A stretch of DNA of 64,000 bases from an uncultured Candidatus Saccharibacteria bacterium. Its GTDB lineage: Bacteria > Patescibacteriota > Minisyncoccia > Phycocordibacterales > JACOZG01. The DNA lies in NCBI GenBank assembly GCA_964399075.1, contig CAYNPK010000001.1, positions 268,400-332,399 of the forward strand. The letters are read 5' to 3'. Within the stretch, counting starts at the first letter, position 1; each line of letters opens with the position of its first letter. Both the position numbers and the translations under genes were made by a program. The notes under the pieces are model-generated. The model saw nothing but the letters and a program-made list of their open reading frames with translations, ran no database searches and was not told the origin of the DNA. Positions 11,491-22,072 of this stretch are shown here, one piece after another.

Positions 11491-13359
11491 TTAAGCAGCA
11501 TCAAGAACAGTCACTGAACCTGATCGATAATCAGGAGCTCCTAATTCAAGAGTTTCTGCTGTACCCCCTAAGTCAGAGTCAGTATTGTACTCAAGTTCAG
11601 TAATGGTTGCTCTAACTGATTCAGGACCAGTCGCAGCGCTAGACTTAACCTCAACTTCAACAGTGAAGGTTCTAGTCTGACCCTTACTGATTCGATAAGA
11701 ATCATCAGCGGTCAAAGTAGCATTGGTGCTAGCGATACTTGTAGAGATAATCTCTGTATCGGCATTGTCCAAAGTGACAGTGAAGTCAGTACCATCTTCG
11801 TTAATGTAGAAGTCGTCCTCGTAAGCAGTCAAGTCAAACTTAAAGGTGAACTTACCAATAGTGTCATCTCCTAGTGAAGAGGTCGTAGCTGATTTTGAAG
11901 TAAATTCAGCGATAAGTCCTTCCATCAAGATAGTGTGAGCTTCGTTAACGGTTAAATCTTCGCTAACCGCTTCGAAGTCCATGTCTTCTCCGTCAACCAC
12001 AACTTCAACAACTGTTAAGGTGGCTGGGAGAGTTAATGTGTCACCACGATTAAAGTCAACCTTAACAGTAAAGGTAACTTCATCATCTTCATCAATCACA
12101 TAATCAACATCGTCGAAGGTGGCGATATCAGAAGTGACAGAAGTCTGATCGAGCAAGGTATTACCTTGGTACAGGTAGGCCCGATACAAAACATCTTCTG
12201 TATCATTACCAGTAACATCAAACTCAACAGCCACTTCAAGAACTTCAACATCGCCATCTTCAGCCTCGACATCAAATTCAAGAACAGTTACACCATTAGT
12301 GCGGGAAGTTTCATCCAAAACAATCTTTTCATCTTCCGGTGAATTGTCACCAATAGATACTGACATGTCGCCAGTGCCGAAGACATCGTCAAAGTCTACT
12401 TCAACTTCTATCGCGTCAGCTGGAGCGTAATCAACAAGACCAAGGCCGTCTGTAAAGCGGACGCCATCAGTATCGAGAGTTACGACAACGGTGTCAGTAT
12501 CGCGAGTACCAGCCATTGAGTCAAGAACAACAAGTTCTAGAGCAATGGTAGCAGTGTCATTTTCGCGAATAATAGTGTTGAGACCGGAGAAGCGGGCGCG
12601 ATATTCGCTACCAACCTCGCTAAAGTCACTGGAACTAGAAAGTGAACCAACTTCTTCTCCGTCAACGAGAAGATTGACTTCGTCAAAGTAGAGCCATGGG
12701 CGGAGATCAAACATGAAGTCAACACGATTGACAGCGATGTCGGAATCCTTAGCCTCGAAGTCTACTTCGATAACGGTTTCACTATCACCAAGGTCAATAG
12801 AGACATCGGAGTCAGTGACAACATCCTCATCCAAGTATCCTTCACCACCTGCTAAGTCACCAGGACCAGGAGTTACTGGATCTGGGTCCGGGGTAACTGG
12901 TGGTGGAGGTAGGACAACTGTTAAATCAGCAGTAACGGCAGCTTGGGTAATAGGACCGTAGTAGCCAGTAGCTGGGGAAATACCCTTGCTAGTCTGATAA
13001 GCAGCCAAGGCTGATTGAGTCTGGGCACCGAAGTAAGCGGTGGCGCCAGCTGGGATCGCAAAGCCTTTGCTGATTAAGAAATTCTGTAAAGCGGTTACTT
13101 GCATGCCCTGACTCTCTAGAGTCAATGGCGCGACGGGAACGGTCATGCTCGGAGCCGGAGCTACTGGAGCAGGAGCGCTAGTACCCATCAGAGCAGCGCG
13201 AACACTGGCTAAAGTATTGGCATCAGCGCCAAAGGAAGTTAGCATCGTGATGATCGCATCTACCTGAATCTGTGGTAGAGCTGCTTGAGCTGGAACAACG
13301 GCAACGCCGAGAGCCAAAGCTACAACAGCGAAACCAACAAACAATTTTTTAATACTCAT
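11491..13359 (-). CDS. Secreted protein with signal peptide, peptidoglycan-binding (PG_binding_1-like) domain, Pro-rich linker and a long acidic D/E/T/V-rich repeat region
   Basis: Signal peptide MSIKKLFVGFAVVALALGVAVVPAQA. …LQNFLISKGF…YFGAQTQSALAAYQ… Extreme acidic composition afterwards. Confidence 0.55.
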   Translation of the reverse strand: MSIKKLFVGFAVVALALGVAVVPAQAALPQIQVDAIITMLTSFGADANTLASVRAALMGTSAPAPVAPAPSMTVPVAPLTLESQGMQVTALQNFLISKGFAIPAGATAYFGAQTQSALAAYQTSKGISPATGYYGPITQAAVTADLTVVLPPPPVTPDPDPVTPGPGDLAGGEGYLDEDVVTDSDVSIDLGDSETVIEVDFEAKDSDIAVNRVDFMFDLRPWLYFDEVNLLVDGEEVGSLSSSSDFSEVGSEYRARFSGLNTIIRENDTATIALELVVLDSMAGTRDTDTVVVTLDTDGVRFTDGLGLVDYAPADAIEVEVDFDDVFGTGDMSVSIGDNSPEDEKIVLDETSRTNGVTVLEFDVEAEDGDVEVLEVAVEFDVTGNDTEDVLYRAYLYQGNTLLDQTSVTSDIATFDDVDYVIDEDDEVTFTVKVDFNRGDTLTLPATLTVVEVVVDGEDMDFEAVSEDLTVNEAHTILMEGLIAEFTSKSATTSSLGDDTIGKFTFKFDLTAYEDDFYINEDGTDFTVTLDNADTEIISTSIASTNATLTADDSYRISKGQTRTFTVEVEVKSSAATGPESVRATITELEYNTDSDLGGTAETLELGAPDYRSGSVTVLDAA

Positions 13360-13639
13360 AAATCACAAATTAATAATAATTAATAATGCTTAATAATTTT
13401 CTTCTTTATTAATCCTCAAGCTGGATAGTCAGCCGATTATCGACAGACGGCCAAGACGACCAGAGAGAGGTTAATAACAAAATGGAAAGGCGTGCGGAAA
13501 ATTTACAGATTACAGAAATAATTCGGTTGTCAAAGAACCCTCCCAATTATAGTATTGACTACTCAAACTAGCAAAAGAAGCTGTGGATAACACTAGCTAA
13601 TTTCACCATCAATACCACTAGTAAAGTATATAGAAAAGC

Positions 13640-14320
13640 TTAATTAGAGTCAATAAGCGAGTAACGACTCCAGCGTCTATCACCTTGGCGCGTGATTAAA
13701 CCACGGTGAACAAGATTCGCCAGCGCGCGTTGGACAGTCTTGGTACTATAAGTAGGAAAGGAGGTAGCAATGTCCTTAATAGACGACTCGCCGTTCTCGC
13801 GGATGTGTCGGAGAATAATCTCTACTCTATCGGTCTTATCAGACATAGGAGAAATAGCAGGCGAACTTTGTCCTTTACTCTCTTTATTTTTTGCTTTTAC
13901 CGCGGGTGCAACAGGAACTGGTTTGCTTTCTGGCTTACTCTTACTCTCTGTCTTAATAGTTAATAAATTCACATCAGGGTTAGATTGGAGCAAGGCTAGA
14001 GGTTCTAGGATTTGTTGCCCTTGCTGTTGTTCCAGTCTCTTAGACAAAGCTAGATATTCTTGCTTGAGGATAGAGAGATTCATTTCCGAAACAGCTGAAC
14101 TTAATAAGGCAACGTCTAGTAGATTAACCAAGCGATTGATTAGTTTGATCGCCACATCAGAACGAGAAGGATCAATCTCTGATTCAATCTGGAGAGCCAG
14201 TTGGCGCATCTGCCACTTGAGGGGCTCGTTATCGTGGAGAAAATTGCTAACGACATACAGAGCACCAGTTAGCTTGTGGGCTCTTAGCTTGTCCTTTTGT
14301 CCTATTAATTCTTCCGTCAT
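13640..14320 (-). CDS. Hypothetical protein with C-terminal winged-helix DNA-binding domain. Start moved to an internal Met to leave a divergent promoter region with ftsK.
   Basis: C-terminus …ILRHIRENGESSIKDIATSFPTYSTKTVQRALANLVHRGLI… The ORF-track start at 14428 would abut the ftsK start at 14431. Confidence 0.4.
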   Translation of the reverse strand: MTEELIGQKDKLRAHKLTGALYVVSNFLHDNEPLKWQMRQLALQIESEIDPSRSDVAIKLINRLVNLLDVALLSSAVSEMNLSILKQEYLALSKRLEQQQGQQILEPLALLQSNPDVNLLTIKTESKSKPESKPVPVAPAVKAKNKESKGQSSPAISPMSDKTDRVEIILRHIRENGESSIKDIATSFPTYSTKTVQRALANLVHRGLITRQGDRRWSRYSLIDSN

Positions 14321-14430
14321 AATGTCCCTTATTATATATAAGACAAATCCACTTGTCCAGAGGGTAAAATCTTGTCTAATAGAGCCCTTATTTCGCCTTA
14401 CTTGCAAGCGGGTGCTATAATTCTCCACAT

Positions 14431-16602
14431 ATGGCCAAACGGAAAAAAGGTGATAAAAAGTTCTCTGGAGAAGAACAAGAAGGGTTAATTAAGAACGAAA
14501 CCAAGCATGGAATTATCGCCGTCGTTTGTGGGGTGCTGGCAATCTTCTTCATCTTGGCCAGTCTCCACCGCGCCGGCGCCGCCGGTGACTTGGCTTATCG
14601 GGGGCTTGGCCATCTCTTCGGCGCCGGCTTCTTTATTATCCCAATAATTTTAATTATCTTGGGCTTATCCTTTTTCCGTTCAACTCGACCCCATTTCATT
14701 ACCGGACGCTTGCTGGCTGGCTTGGGCTTCTTCGTCTCACTATTGGGAATAATCAGTATCTTGTTCCCTGCCGATCCGGCCTGGCGCGCTGGTGGTCTGA
14801 TTGGTCAAGCTATCGCTAGTCCCCTGCAGAAAGTTTTTGCCACCTATAGTTTGTTTCTGTTAGCCGCTTGTATCTTAATTACTCTATTAATAATCTTTGA
14901 TACCAGATTACAACTCGGCTGGCTTAATCCCCTCAAGTGGTGGCGCTTGATTAAAAAACCTAAAGAACAAGAAACAAATAATTTAGTAACAGAGAATAGC
15001 GAAGTTGTTGATACCGAAGTTCCAGCCACACCACCAGCATCAACTACTGATTCTAAAGTTGAATCAGAAGCAAAAACTAAACCAGTTGAGACCGAAGGAT
15101 CAATTTACCAACAATTGGTCAATTGGGGCAGTCGTGGCAATTCCTCCAAGTACACACCACCACCGCTCTCGCTACTAGAGAAAGATAGTGGCAAACCCGG
15201 CGGTGGCGATATTAAAGCAAGCGCCAATATTATCAAACGCACTCTAGCAAACTTCGGTATCGTGGTAGAGATGGACGAGATCTCCATCGGACCCTCCATC
15301 ACTCGCTTCGCTCTTAAGCCCGCCGAGGGAGTTAAGCTCTCGCGCATTATCGCTTTGCAAAATGATTTATCACTGGCTCTGGCTGCTCACCCCATCCGGA
15401 TTGAAGCGCCGATACCGGGCAAGTCTCTGGTGGGAATTGAAATCCCTAATCGCACCAAATCGCTAGTCGGCCTAGCTTCCCTCTTGGGCAATTCTGACTT
15501 TGCCAAATCACCTTACTCTCTAGCAGTCTCTCTAGGACGCGACATCGCCGGGCAAGCCCACTTCGCCAACTTGGCCAAGGCGCCTCACATCCTTATCGCC
15601 GGTACCACCGGCTCGGGTAAGTCGGTAGTGATTCATACTTTCATTACCTCACTACTGTATCGCAATCCGCCAGATCGTTTACGCTTCATTATGATCGATC
15701 CCAAGCGAGTAGAATTAACTCTCTACAATAATATTCCCCATCTCCTTACACCAGTAGTGACTAACGCCAAGAAAACGATTCTGGCGCTAAAGTGGGCAAT
15801 CAAAGAAATGGAAAGACGATATGATGTATTAGAGAAACAAGCCGTCCGTGATATCCAGTCTTATCATCAAAATGCCGAAAAGGATCCGGAAGGTAAGGAG
15901 AAGATGCCCTACTTGGTAATTATTATTGATGAGCTAGCCGACATTATGTCCACTTATCCGCGCGAACTGGAAGCCACGATCGTCAGACTGGCTCAAATGT
16001 CTCGCGCCGTTGGTATCCACTTAGTCCTCTCTACCCAGAGGCCAAGCGTGGAAGTGATTACTGGGCTAATCAAGGCTAACATCCCCGCCCGCATCGCCCT
16101 CCAAGTTGCTTCACAGATTGACTCTCGCACAATCATCGACTCCGCCGGAGCGGAAAAATTATTAGGTTCCGGAGATATGCTCTATCTATCCGGCGATCGA
16201 GGCAAGCCAGTTCGTCTACAGTCAGCTTTCATTTCTGAAGTAGAAGTCAAGAAGATGGTCGCCTATTTAGTTAAGCAACAAGCCGACAATACTGATGGGG
16301 AAAACCCAGAATTAGATTTAACAACCGAAACAAGAGATCAGTCTCCAACCCTTAGCACTCTAAGTCTCGACGAAGAAGCAACTGACGAAGATGACGATGA
16401 ACTCTACGAGGAGGCGCGAGAGCAAGTAATCCAAGCTGGGAAAGCTTCGGCCTCTTATCTCCAGCGCAAACTTAAAGTTGGCTATGCTCGCGCCGCTCGC
16501 CTCTTGGATATGTTAGAAGAACGACAAGTAATCGGACCAGGCGAGGGAGCTAAACAGAGAGAAGTTTATATTAAATATGACTCCACTGATAACCTACTCT
16601 AA
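14431..16602 (+). CDS. ftsK: DNA translocase FtsK/SpoIIIE
   Basis: N-terminal TM domain. Walker A GTTGSGKS. C-terminal gamma winged-helix. Confidence 0.9.
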   Translation: MAKRKKGDKKFSGEEQEGLIKNETKHGIIAVVCGVLAIFFILASLHRAGAAGDLAYRGLGHLFGAGFFIIPIILIILGLSFFRSTRPHFITGRLLAGLGFFVSLLGIISILFPADPAWRAGGLIGQAIASPLQKVFATYSLFLLAACILITLLIIFDTRLQLGWLNPLKWWRLIKKPKEQETNNLVTENSEVVDTEVPATPPASTTDSKVESEAKTKPVETEGSIYQQLVNWGSRGNSSKYTPPPLSLLEKDSGKPGGGDIKASANIIKRTLANFGIVVEMDEISIGPSITRFALKPAEGVKLSRIIALQNDLSLALAAHPIRIEAPIPGKSLVGIEIPNRTKSLVGLASLLGNSDFAKSPYSLAVSLGRDIAGQAHFANLAKAPHILIAGTTGSGKSVVIHTFITSLLYRNPPDRLRFIMIDPKRVELTLYNNIPHLLTPVVTNAKKTILALKWAIKEMERRYDVLEKQAVRDIQSYHQNAEKDPEGKEKMPYLVIIIDELADIMSTYPRELEATIVRLAQMSRAVGIHLVLSTQRPSVEVITGLIKANIPARIALQVASQIDSRTIIDSAGAEKLLGSGDMLYLSGDRGKPVRLQSAFISEVEVKKMVAYLVKQQADNTDGENPELDLTTETRDQSPTLSTLSLDEEATDEDDDELYEEAREQVIQAGKASASYLQRKLKVGYARAARLLDMLEERQVIGPGEGAKQREVYIKYDSTDNLL

Positions 16603-16966
16603 TCCCAAAGCCAATGCTTGGCTAAACTCCAAACGACTGTTAATAATTATTTTCTTTGGCCTAATTGCGATTTATGCTATTTATCAAACTCATGACATTC
16701 TCTTAGGACCGCGACTGTTTATCCAAGATGTGCAGAATGGCAAAACTTACACGGAACCATTAATCACAATCGAGGGCGAGGCAAAAAATATTTCTCACCT
16801 ATTTCTCAACGACAGACAGATCTTCACCAATGAACAAGGTCAATTCCAAGAGAAATTGCTACTCATCCCCGGCTATTCTATAATCAAGCTTGAGGCGAAA
16901 GACAAATTTGGACGATCGGTGAAGCGGATGCTAGCTTTGGTCTACGACCAAAGTTTTAATAATTAA
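16577..16966 (+). CDS. Hypothetical membrane-anchored small protein
   Basis: Single N-terminal TM (LLIIIFFGLIAIYAIY), then a soluble domain. Overlaps the ftsK stop. Confidence 0.4.
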   Translation: MTPLITYSNPKANAWLNSKRLLIIIFFGLIAIYAIYQTHDILLGPRLFIQDVQNGKTYTEPLITIEGEAKNISHLFLNDRQIFTNEQGQFQEKLLLIPGYSIIKLEAKDKFGRSVKRMLALVYDQSFNN

Positions 16967-16988
16967 TTAACAAAAATATTTTATTTAT

Positions 16989-17996
16989 ATGGCGAAAAAG
17001 ACGACGACTGACAAGAGCACAGGAGGATCAATTGATGAGACGATAAAAACGATTGAGACTAAATTCGGCGAAGGATCAATTATGAAGTTGGGCGACAGGC
17101 CCAAAGTGGATGTGGGCGCGATCTCAACTGGCTCATTGGGCTTAGATGTGGCTCTGGGGATCAACGGTTTGCCTCGAGGTAGGATTATCGAAATCTACGG
17201 ACCGGAATCTTCTGGTAAAACAACCTTGGCCCTCCACGTAGTAGCCCAAGCCCAGAAGCATGGTGGCATTTGCGCTTTTATTGACGCCGAACACGCCATG
17301 GACCCGGACTACTCGAAGAAATTGGGCGTAAAAATTGAAGAATTATTAATCTCTCAACCGGACTACGGTGAACAGGCGTTAGAAATTGCCGAGAGTCTAA
17401 TCCGTTCCGGCAAGATTGATGTAATAGTCATTGATTCAGTGGCAGCTCTAACTCCCAAAGACGAAATCGAAGGCGATGTGGGAGCCTATCACGTTGGCAA
17501 GCAAGCGCGACTGATGTCTCAAGCTTTGCGCAAAATGACAGCGATTGTGGCAAGATCGAAGACTGTGGTAATTTTTATCAATCAAATCAGAATGCAAATT
17601 GGCGTCATGTTTGGCAATCCAGAGACTACCCCCGGTGGTAAAGCGCTCAAATTTTACTCTTCCGTACGCCTTGATATTAGAAGAATCGCCCAAATCAAGA
17701 AAGGCGAAGAAGTGGTCGGCGGTCGAGTGCGCGTCAAGGTAGTGAAGAACAAAGTAGCAGCACCGTTTAAAAACGCCGAGTTTGATATCCTCTATAACGA
17801 AGGAATTTCTCCCGAAGGAGAGGTTATTGCGATTGGCGAAAAATGTGGTATCATCGAAAAATCCGGTTCATCTTACACCTATGGCGAAATCAAATTAGGC
17901 CGAGGTTACGACGCGGCTCGAACCTTCCTGAAAGAGAACCCGAAGTTAAAAACCGAATTAATCAATAAGATAAAAGCTGCCCTTGCCACTACTTAA
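16989..17996 (+). CDS. recA: Recombinase RecA
   Basis: [33 protein letters not shown]…FIDAEHA… canonical. Confidence 0.95.
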   Translation: MAKKTTTDKSTGGSIDETIKTIETKFGEGSIMKLGDRPKVDVGAISTGSLGLDVALGINGLPRGRIIEIYGPESSGKTTLALHVVAQAQKHGGICAFIDAEHAMDPDYSKKLGVKIEELLISQPDYGEQALEIAESLIRSGKIDVIVIDSVAALTPKDEIEGDVGAYHVGKQARLMSQALRKMTAIVARSKTVVIFINQIRMQIGVMFGNPETTPGGKALKFYSSVRLDIRRIAQIKKGEEVVGGRVRVKVVKNKVAAPFKNAEFDILYNEGISPEGEVIAIGEKCGIIEKSGSSYTYGEIKLGRGYDAARTFLKENPKLKTELINKIKAALATT

Positions 17997-18558
17997 TTAC
18001 AACGAAATCAAAGAACGCCGATTCATCGTCTTGGACGGTGAACCTTTTGAAGTGTTGTCCAGTCATGTGTTCCGCAAGCAACAACGCAAACCGCAAAACG
18101 TCACTAAACTGAAAAATTTAATTACCGGAACAGTGAAAGAGCACTCCTTCCACGCTAGTGACAAAGTGCCAGAAGCAGAAATAGAAGAACAGAAGGCCTC
18201 ATACCTCTACTGCCATCGTGACGAATATTGGTTCTGTGAGACGGCGAACAAGAGTAACCGCTTCAAACTGCCAGCCGAGCAGGTATCAGAGCAAATGAGT
18301 TACCTCTCCCCTAATAGTCCAGTGACTATTCTCTCCTTCGACCAGCGACTTATTGGCGTAAAAATTCCAATCAAAGTTGAGCTCAAAGTTAAGGAAGCGG
18401 CACCAGCCTCTCGCGGTAACACCGTCCAAGGCGGTTCCAAGCGCGTTGTTTTAGAAACCGGCAAAGAATTAGAAGTACCGATGTTTATCAACGAAGGCGA
18501 TATCGTAATTGTTAATACCGACTCCGGTCAATACGTAGAACGAGCCAGCAAGAAGTAA
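17983..18558 (+). CDS. efp: Translation elongation factor P
   Basis: …[16 protein letters not shown]…[24 protein letters not shown] three-domain EF-P pattern. Confidence 0.8.
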   Translation: MPLLNYNEIKERRFIVLDGEPFEVLSSHVFRKQQRKPQNVTKLKNLITGTVKEHSFHASDKVPEAEIEEQKASYLYCHRDEYWFCETANKSNRFKLPAEQVSEQMSYLSPNSPVTILSFDQRLIGVKIPIKVELKVKEAAPASRGNTVQGGSKRVVLETGKELEVPMFINEGDIVIVNTDSGQYVERASKK

Positions 18559-18592
18559 AATTAGGAGAAAAATTAAAAAAACTGACGTAAAA

Positions 18593-18793
18593 TTATCGCG
18601 AAACAAAAGGCAAGAGAGCCATTAGTCGCGCTCGCTTAATAGCGGTAGATAACTTCCGCTGATGATTAGCACAGACACCACTGCGTTTGTGACTAAGAAT
18701 TTTTGCCGAAGGATCGATAAAACGCTTCAACAATTCAGTGTCTTTGTAGTCAACGCATTTGATATTATTGGTGCAAAGATAGCAATTTTTCAT
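18593..18793 (-). CDS. rpsR: 30S ribosomal protein S18
   Basis: CYLCTNNIKCVDYKDTELLKRFI…RSGVCANHQRKLSTAIKRARLMALLPF. Confidence 0.9.
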   Translation of the reverse strand: MKNCYLCTNNIKCVDYKDTELLKRFIDPSAKILSHKRSGVCANHQRKLSTAIKRARLMALLPFVSR

Positions 18794-18808
18794 AACCTTA
18801 ATTTAAAC

Positions 18809-19261
18809 TTAAAAAGGAATATCGTCCGGATTGATCTCTTCGTCGGGATACTCAATAGACTTGGCTTCGCCCGGAGCTTCAGCCTTGTGGGATTGATCAA
18901 CGGCTTGACTAGAATTAGCAGAAGAACCGCCAGAACTCTTAGGACCAAACTGTACGCGATCAGCAACGATCTCCGTTCGATATTGCTTGTGACCCTCCTT
19001 GTCATCCCAACTTCGAGTCTGCAAACGGCCTTCTACTAGAGCCGACTGACCCTTGCGTAAATACTGCCCAACAATCTCGGCCTGGGGGCCGAAAACAACA
19101 ATATTGTGAAATTGAGAATCCTCTTGCTTCTGGCCTTCTTTGTTTTTCCAAACTCGATTGGTGGCCATCCCCATGGTGCAAACCTTAATACCGGAAGGTA
19201 AGGCGCGGACCTCTGGATCGCGAGTTAAATTGCCGATGATAATTACTTTGTTGAGATACAT
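18809..19261 (-). CDS. ssb: Single-stranded DNA-binding protein
   Basis: OB-fold MYLNKVIIIGNLTRDPEVR…, acidic tail ending DDIPF. Confidence 0.9.
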   Translation of the reverse strand: MYLNKVIIIGNLTRDPEVRALPSGIKVCTMGMATNRVWKNKEGQKQEDSQFHNIVVFGPQAEIVGQYLRKGQSALVEGRLQTRSWDDKEGHKQYRTEIVADRVQFGPKSSGGSSANSSQAVDQSHKAEAPGEAKSIEYPDEEINPDDIPF

Positions 19262-19274
19262 ATTATTTTATTTT

Positions 19275-19760
19275 TTATTTTATTAATAAACCATCAATCT
19301 CTTTGTCGATTTCCTTGTCGATAGCTTCCTTCTGATTATCCTGATTATCTGGTGAGGTCATGACCTGAACGGGAGCTACTCGAGCTGGAACGTTTTGATG
19401 ACTAGTATAATTGCAATCGCGAGGCAGAGATATAAGCAAATGACGAATCAAGAACTGGGATTTACCCATGGTCGAATCCAGGGCGGACGCGGAAGCTCTT
19501 GAGGCCGTAAAACGAAAAACGCCCAAATAGGCTTCAGAGAAAGTGCTCCCTTTGTGCTCGACTACCTTCTTGATCGGATAAGCCAGAGAAGTCATCTTAG
19601 GATTCTCTCTAGCCACCACAGTAATAGCCAACTTATCCATTGGCGTCAAGATCTCCTGTTGGATTATTTCGGTCAATTTTTCTTCCGCGACCAAGGGAGT
19701 AAGGAGGTAGCTTAACTCGTAAGCCCCAGAGTCCTCATTTTTTTCTATATCATCCATGGG
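19275..19760 (-). CDS. rpsF: 30S ribosomal protein S6 with C-terminal extension. Start probably at the internal Met MDDIEK.
   Basis: YELSYLLTP…LAYPIKK…GVFRF S6 pattern. Position in the rpsF-ssb-rpsR cluster. Confidence 0.7.
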   Translation of the reverse strand, partial: PMDDIEKNEDSGAYELSYLLTPLVAEEKLTEIIQQEILTPMDKLAITVVARENPKMTSLAYPIKKVVEHKGSTFSEAYLGVFRFTASRASASALDSTMGKSQFLIRHLLISLPRDCNYTSHQNVPARVAPVQVMTSPDNQDNQKEAIDKEIDKEIDGLLIK

Positions 19761-19794
19761 GCGTATCGTACCAGATAATATCGCGAGATGCAAC

Positions 19795-20574
19795 TCAATT
19801 AAGACGTGGCAAAATAGGCGCTAACTTGAAAACCCGACTAGCGTTAGTTAGAACAATTTCAGCCATTTCCTCCGGAGATAAGCCTCTGATCTCGGCCAAA
19901 CGCTTGATAACTCGCTCAACATACACTGGCTCATTGCGTTTACCACGATAAGGCACGGGTGCCACATAAGGGGCGTCAGTTTCGGCCAACAAGCTCTCAC
20001 TAGGGACAAACTTAATGACTTCATCATAATCATGAGTAAAAGTAATAACTCCCGTAAACGATAAAGTGAAATTTAAATCCAGAAATTGTTGCGCTTGTTT
20101 GATGTCGCCGGAAAAGAAGTGTACGTTCCCAGCAACCCCAGAGAATGATCGCAAAATAGACAAGACATCATCATAAGCTTCTCGAACATGCAACATCAAG
20201 GGCTTGTTAACTTGGAGCGCCAGATCAATTTGCCGGAGAAATAATTCCCGCTGACTAAGCTTATCGCCCGGATTAGATAAACGAAAATAATCCAAACCAC
20301 ACTCCCCGATGGCCGCTACCCTCTTATGTTTAGCCAACTCCTTCAGTTCTTGCCAATCATTCTCATCAAGCTGATTAATTTCCTGCGGATGGACACCGAT
20401 CGAGGCCCAGAAGTTTTGGTGATTAGTTAAATTTACCACTTCGCGACTAGTTTGGAGACCAGTGCCAACATTAATTACTCCGCAACCCACTTCTTCCATT
20501 TTCTTAATCACCGCCTCCAGATCATGATCATAATCAGGAAAATTAAGATGAGCGTGGATATCAATAAGATTCAT
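19795..20574 (-). CDS. tatD: TatD family metal-dependent hydrolase/DNase
   Basis: MNLIDIHAHLNFPDYDHDLEAVI… TIM-barrel TatD motifs. Confidence 0.85.
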   Translation of the reverse strand: MNLIDIHAHLNFPDYDHDLEAVIKKMEEVGCGVINVGTGLQTSREVVNLTNHQNFWASIGVHPQEINQLDENDWQELKELAKHKRVAAIGECGLDYFRLSNPGDKLSQRELFLRQIDLALQVNKPLMLHVREAYDDVLSILRSFSGVAGNVHFFSGDIKQAQQFLDLNFTLSFTGVITFTHDYDEVIKFVPSESLLAETDAPYVAPVPYRGKRNEPVYVERVIKRLAEIRGLSPEEMAEIVLTNASRVFKLAPILPRLN

Positions 20575-20587
20575 TAAAAATAATTTT

Positions 20588-22072
20588 TTACTTCCTCATA
20601 AACAAGGGCGCCTCGGGCATCTTGTTTTCTTTTATTAACTCTTGAATTTTTTTAGCGGTTTCTGGCATGACAACAGCTAAACAGTGGGCTAGGCCAGCGA
20701 TATTCCCGACCAAGGATATAACATCATTTCTAGCAGCATCAGGAGTGGTTTTCCAAAGCTCAAAAGGTTTTCTAGTTTGTATATATAAATCGAGGTTCTT
20801 TATTTCATCCCAAATAAAATCCATAGATTTATTGATCTCAAATTGAGACAAGTGGTCAAAAAATGGTTTATACTTTTCTGCCTCTCCACGAATTTTAAAT
20901 GAATCATCATTAGTAACAACGGGCTTATCTAAATATTTTTCTGCCATCTTCATCACTCTGGACACTAAATTCCCCAAGCCGTTGGCCAAATGAGCATTGT
21001 AAGCCTCTTTTATCAATTCAAGCGTCACCGGACTATCTTCAAAAGGTGTAACATGACGGGCTAAATAATAACGAATAGCGTCAGTGCCATATTCCTCAAC
21101 AACTTCATGAGGGTTAATAACATTACCCAAACTCTTAGACATCTTCTGGCCACCAACTCCAGTCACAAAGCCACGAATTATAATTTGCTTAGAGGGTGGT
21201 AAACCAGCTGACATAAGCATCGCCTGCCACATCGCCGCCTGCTGGCGGAGGTTATCTTTGCCGGCAAATTGGGTTACCGGCCACCAATGCTTAAACTTTT
21301 TCTCATCAGTTGGCCAACCAATAGCGGACAGATAGTTGACCAGAGCGTCGAACCAAACATACATCACCTGATCCGGATCATCGGGAACAGGCACACCCCA
21401 AGGCATCTTCTTGGCCAAGCGCGAGATACTGAAGTCCTCCAAACCTCGCTCAACGAAAGCGCGAATCTCGTTCTGTCGCGAGACTGGTAAGACAAAATTT
21501 GGATTCTTCTCATAAAGCTCGAGAAGAGGTCTCTGATACTTAGAAAACTTAAAAAAATAATTTTCTTCTTCAATAAATTCTAAAGCTAAATTGGGATGGA
21601 GAGGGCATAGATTGTTAACTAACTCTGATTCGGTTTTTTCCAATTCACAACCGACGCAATATTTGACACGATAAGTTTTTTTATAAATATCACCAGCCTT
21701 AACACAAAGCCGCCAAAATTCTTGAGCCGCTCCAACATGATAAGGATCCGTGGTACGAATGAAATTAGTCCCCTCCCACAACCCTAAGGCTGGTAATAAT
21801 TTCTTAAATTCTAGGGCATATTTATCAACATAATCTTGAGGAGAAATACCAGCCACTTGCGCCGCCCGATAAATCTTCAAGCCATGTTCATCAGTGCCGG
21901 TATTAGAAAAAACTTCCCGGCCGGTTAATAAAAAATAGCGAGCAATAATATCAGCGTGGACCAGTTCAGCGGCAAAGCCGATGTGGGGATCGGCATTAAC
22001 GTAAGGTAGGGTGGTGGTAAGGTAAGTTTTAACCGACATCGGCGTGTTGACTACTTTTGCGCTTAGCGACAT
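20588..22072 (-). CDS. metG: Methionyl-tRNA synthetase, minimal form
   Basis: TTTLPYVNADPHIGF (HIGH region) and KMSKSLGNVI. Confidence 0.9.
   Translation of the reverse strand: MSLSAKVVNTPMSVKTYLTTTLPYVNADPHIGFAAELVHADIIARYFLLTGREVFSNTGTDEHGLKIYRAAQVAGISPQDYVDKYALEFKKLLPALGLWEGTNFIRTTDPYHVGAAQEFWRLCVKAGDIYKKTYRVKYCVGCELEKTESELVNNLCPLHPNLALEFIEEENYFFKFSKYQRPLLELYEKNPNFVLPVSRQNEIRAFVERGLEDFSISRLAKKMPWGVPVPDDPDQVMYVWFDALVNYLSAIGWPTDEKKFKHWWPVTQFAGKDNLRQQAAMWQAMLMSAGLPPSKQIIIRGFVTGVGGQKMSKSLGNVINPHEVVEEYGTDAIRYYLARHVTPFEDSPVTLELIKEAYNAHLANGLGNLVSRVMKMAEKYLDKPVVTNDDSFKIRGEAEKYKPFFDHLSQFEINKSMDFIWDEIKNLDLYIQTRKPFELWKTTPDAARNDVISLVGNIAGLAHCLAVVMPETAKKIQELIKENKMPEAPLFMRK

Noticed and set aside
13770-14420. 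216-aa plus-strand ORF
   Set aside because: It is entirely antisense to the better-supported minus-strand gene 13640..14320. Its composition is low-complexity.
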